In this document: in pieces, positions 61,076 through 64,000 of the stretch
How positions within the stretch are numbered: position 1 is the first letter of the stretch
Layout: each line of letters opens with the position of its first letter
DNA from: Amphiscolops sp. MND2022
Lineage: Eukaryota
Direction of reading: 5' to 3'
Assembly (NCBI GenBank): GCA_964187785.1
Contig: OZ076413.1
Coordinates: 41,356,001-41,420,000, forward strand
Length of the DNA stretch: 64,000 bases
Made by a program: the position numbers and the translations under genes
Notes under the pieces: generated by a model
What the model was told of the DNA's origin: nothing
The model's input: only the letters and a program-made list of their open reading frames with translations
Databases searched by the model: none

Positions 61076-62836
61076 AATGAATTTGTGAACTTTGAGGTTT
61101 GAAATCTGAAAATCTGTTTTTGGTGTCAATTGAGCTCAAAAGGGCACGACCTAAAATCAAAACTTCAGTTGCAGTTAGAAATTTTTCTAAACAATCTGTA
61201 GGCAAAAGTAAACAAATGTTAGCTGAAAGATAAACAATGCATGATAGGACTCCATTTTTCCTCCTCAGCTAGAAATTTTACTTTGGAAGGACTTTTGATT
61301 GAAGTAACCAAACTTCTCGAGAGACTGTCAATCGTTTTGATCACTAGTATTTAACTGGAACAAAGTGAACGAAAATCTGTTCACATTTGATTTGTTATAA
61401 AATTCTTTTCCAGCTTTTCATTTCAAACGTTCTTCAGAAATTGAAAGAACTTTTGACAAATTTGAGCGCTTCCAAATTTTCCAGCTGCATGCAAGGCCAT
61501 TTATGATTCTGGAAGTTAAATGACTTTCACAAAGCCCGAAGTTTGCTCCATGACTTGAAATGTATAAATGGATTCCTTTTCATACAATGGAATCTAAGTC
61601 GCCTAAAATTTTATTCCATAGATCATTTGTGACAGCTGAGATTGTTAAAACTTCTAGTTGAACATGACTTTAACGTTGTTAAGGTTTTAGTTTTGACTGA
61701 AATGTCTTTTGTAGACGATCAAAGATTGTTTAGGACGAACTCTTCAATTAGACTTTGAATACCAATTTCTAGTCGCTTCGTGAATTCTTTTCCAAATATC
61801 TTACTAACAATTTCAGTGCTGAAGTTTCATAAAGGCTGTTTATTTTTTCTTCTAATTCAGTGTCGTAAACCACTTTCTTATGTACAATGAGGAATAAACT
61901 TCGGCTTGATATTCTGCTGCTGAAATTAGGAAAAACATTGACGCTCAAGAATGAAAGCATTGCAGCCCAAAAAAGACGGAAGGTTGAGGGGATTCATTTG
62001 AAAATCATTAGGAACTATTTGATCGATTCAAACTCATGATAACATTTGAATCATGAAGTCATTGAAAAAAATCAATCGAACACGTTTTTTTAGTCAAGTT
62101 TGGTCATGCTACTGAAATTTCTCTGAAAATGCTTGAGAATTGCTTGATATATCCTGCAAAAAAGTGAAAATGTTTTTTTAAAAAAAATAAACACATCTCC
62201 AAACATCAAAGCAGGTATTCTACTCGAAACCGAACGTACCCGTCTCTTGAAAACATGGCTCTCAAAATTACGATAGGAATGAAAGCAAATAGATGCACAA
62301 TTTCATTTCTTGCAATCAAGGAAAACCGCCATAGCCTTGATTGGAACGTTAGAATTTCTTTGTTAGAAGTTTCCCTATTTTTAATACATGAGAATCCCAA
62401 GGGGTCTAATAGGAGTCGGAAGCCTAACCAAGTAAACGGTCTCAAAATGACACCGGTCAACATCAAAGGATGCACTTTGCGTGGGGTAAGAAGTTTTTGC
62501 GGGAAACAGCCGAAGGAACAAATTTGGTTTCTCAGAGGCGGAGCGGTGGCCTCATTGAAGGATTTTACTCTGCGAAAATTCGATTGTTGAAGGAAACCAA
62601 TTCTTTCCGGTTTCCAATCGGATATTGATTGCTAGAGTTATGTGAGCAGGATTTTTAGGCTTTTACAATTCTTTCATTTTTTCTGATCGACCAAACACGC
62701 GCAATTACTTTAGTACACAGTTACAAAAGCACAGACCAAAATGGCTGAATCTGTTTCGGTTCTGTTAGAGTCCGGGCTCTCCGTTAAATGCTTGAGTTTG
62801 TACGCGTCACGCGAAAGCGGGAAAATATGATTACCA

Positions 62837-62921
62837 GAAAACTCAACACAAGAAAACTCAACACAAGAAAACTAAACGCAAGAAAACTCAACACAGAAAA
62901 CTCAACACAAAAACTCAACAC
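62837..62921 (+). repeat. 15-bp minisatellite (AGAAAACTCAACACA)n; second block at 63403-63471, inverted copy at ~24482-24520
   Basis: Direct inspection. Confidence 0.85.
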
Positions 62922-63332
62922 ATTTAAATAATTTCAATTAACACCTCAATTGAGTTCAATTTCCGGATTAAACAATTCCTTAAATGCCGTAAAGGATTGT
63001 ACAAGAAACTTTAGGTCATACTTGAGTTTTTCAAATATGCAGTACGCAAATTCTGAGCAGTTTTCGGATCAGCAGTTTCGATCTAATAGTTTTTCATAAT
63101 GGGATTAAATGGTAATTACACTTTTTGACACAAATTCTATGAGAATTGAAAACAAATTAAAACTGAATGTTGGGTGAAAATGACCATCTTCTGAACGGTT
63201 TTTTGTCTACTGAATTGTTGGGCAAGATAACATCAAAATTGAAAAACTCAACGAGAACGAGGGAAAATCATCATAATGTGCATCTGATTTTAATAACTTT
63301 GGCAAATACCGAATTTTGGCAAATTTCATGCC

Positions 63333-63586
63333 GAATTTTGGAATGCTAATCAAAGGTAAATTAGATATTAAATCAAGTGCAAGGTATATTGGGGTACGAA
63401 ATACTCAACACAAGAAAACTCAACACAAGAAAACTAAACGCAAAAAAACTCAACACAGAAAACTCAACACATTTTAGACTAGATTCTATTTTTTTAACTA
63501 TTTTCTTGTGTTGAGTATTTCGTACCCCAATATACCTTGCACTTGATTTAATATCTAATTTACCTTTGATTAGCATTCCAAAATTC
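63333..63586. repeat. Perfect inverted duplication, 86-bp arms with 82-bp spacer
   Basis: 63333-63418 is the exact reverse complement of 63501-63586. Confidence 0.95.
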
Positions 63587-64000
63587 ATTGAACATCAATT
63601 CTTAAAAGAATGACATTTTTTCGTCCAAACTTTCTTTACGTTTCAAATCCATACTAAGACAAAGGGTTTGATTTTTTAACTTCTCAAAGAAGAGCGATTT
63701 GGAGTCCTGGGGTACAGGAAAGACCAATGAGTCCCTTTGGCTTTTTTGGCTCTATTCCATTTTTTGACATTTTTAAAACCGAAAGGACCTTTTGATATTC
63801 AGCAGAAACACAGCGCTTTGCGAGCACAGAAGGCTCCCTAGAAAATTTTTGGCTCTGTGCGAAAAAATTTTCCACAGTTACTATTATTCTTCGAGGCTTC
63901 CTGTTACCTTGGTTGGAACTGCTTGAACTTTTTACAAGTTTTTGTAGGTTACCAAGCTAATTTTTCATGATTTTATAAAATTCTCAAGGAAACCTCCATG

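Noticed and set aside
62837..63471. CRISPR-like short repeats
   Set aside because: Head-to-tail 15-bp units without unique spacers; eukaryotic context, no cas genes

Overview
AT-rich, repeat-dominated eukaryotic (animal-like) DNA with no confidently identifiable intact host gene. Main contents: (1) an intact, very young Ty3/Gypsy (Mag-like) LTR retrotransposon at 303-4874 (+); (2) a second young Gypsy element at 29855-35901 (-) with a WLDD reverse-transcriptase motif, a ~260-aa insert between RNase H and integrase, and three 1-bp frameshifts; (3) a degenerate Tc1/mariner transposase with DD35E spacing; (4) a 2.24-kb non-coding foldback element with AGTAGT termini, ~1-kb inverted arms and a 6-bp TSD, best read as a non-autonomous Polinton/Maverick derivative; (5) several Helentron-associated (HINE/DINE-1-like) elements; (6) nested MITEs of hAT-like, CCC-ended and TGT..ACA-ended types; (7) a ~3-kb near-identical tandem triplication whose junctions carry a 235-bp piece also found 2.7 kb upstream; plus micro/minisatellites and a perfect 86-bp inverted duplication. 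All alignments were done by eye, and the family assignments rest on structural hallmarks, not database searches.
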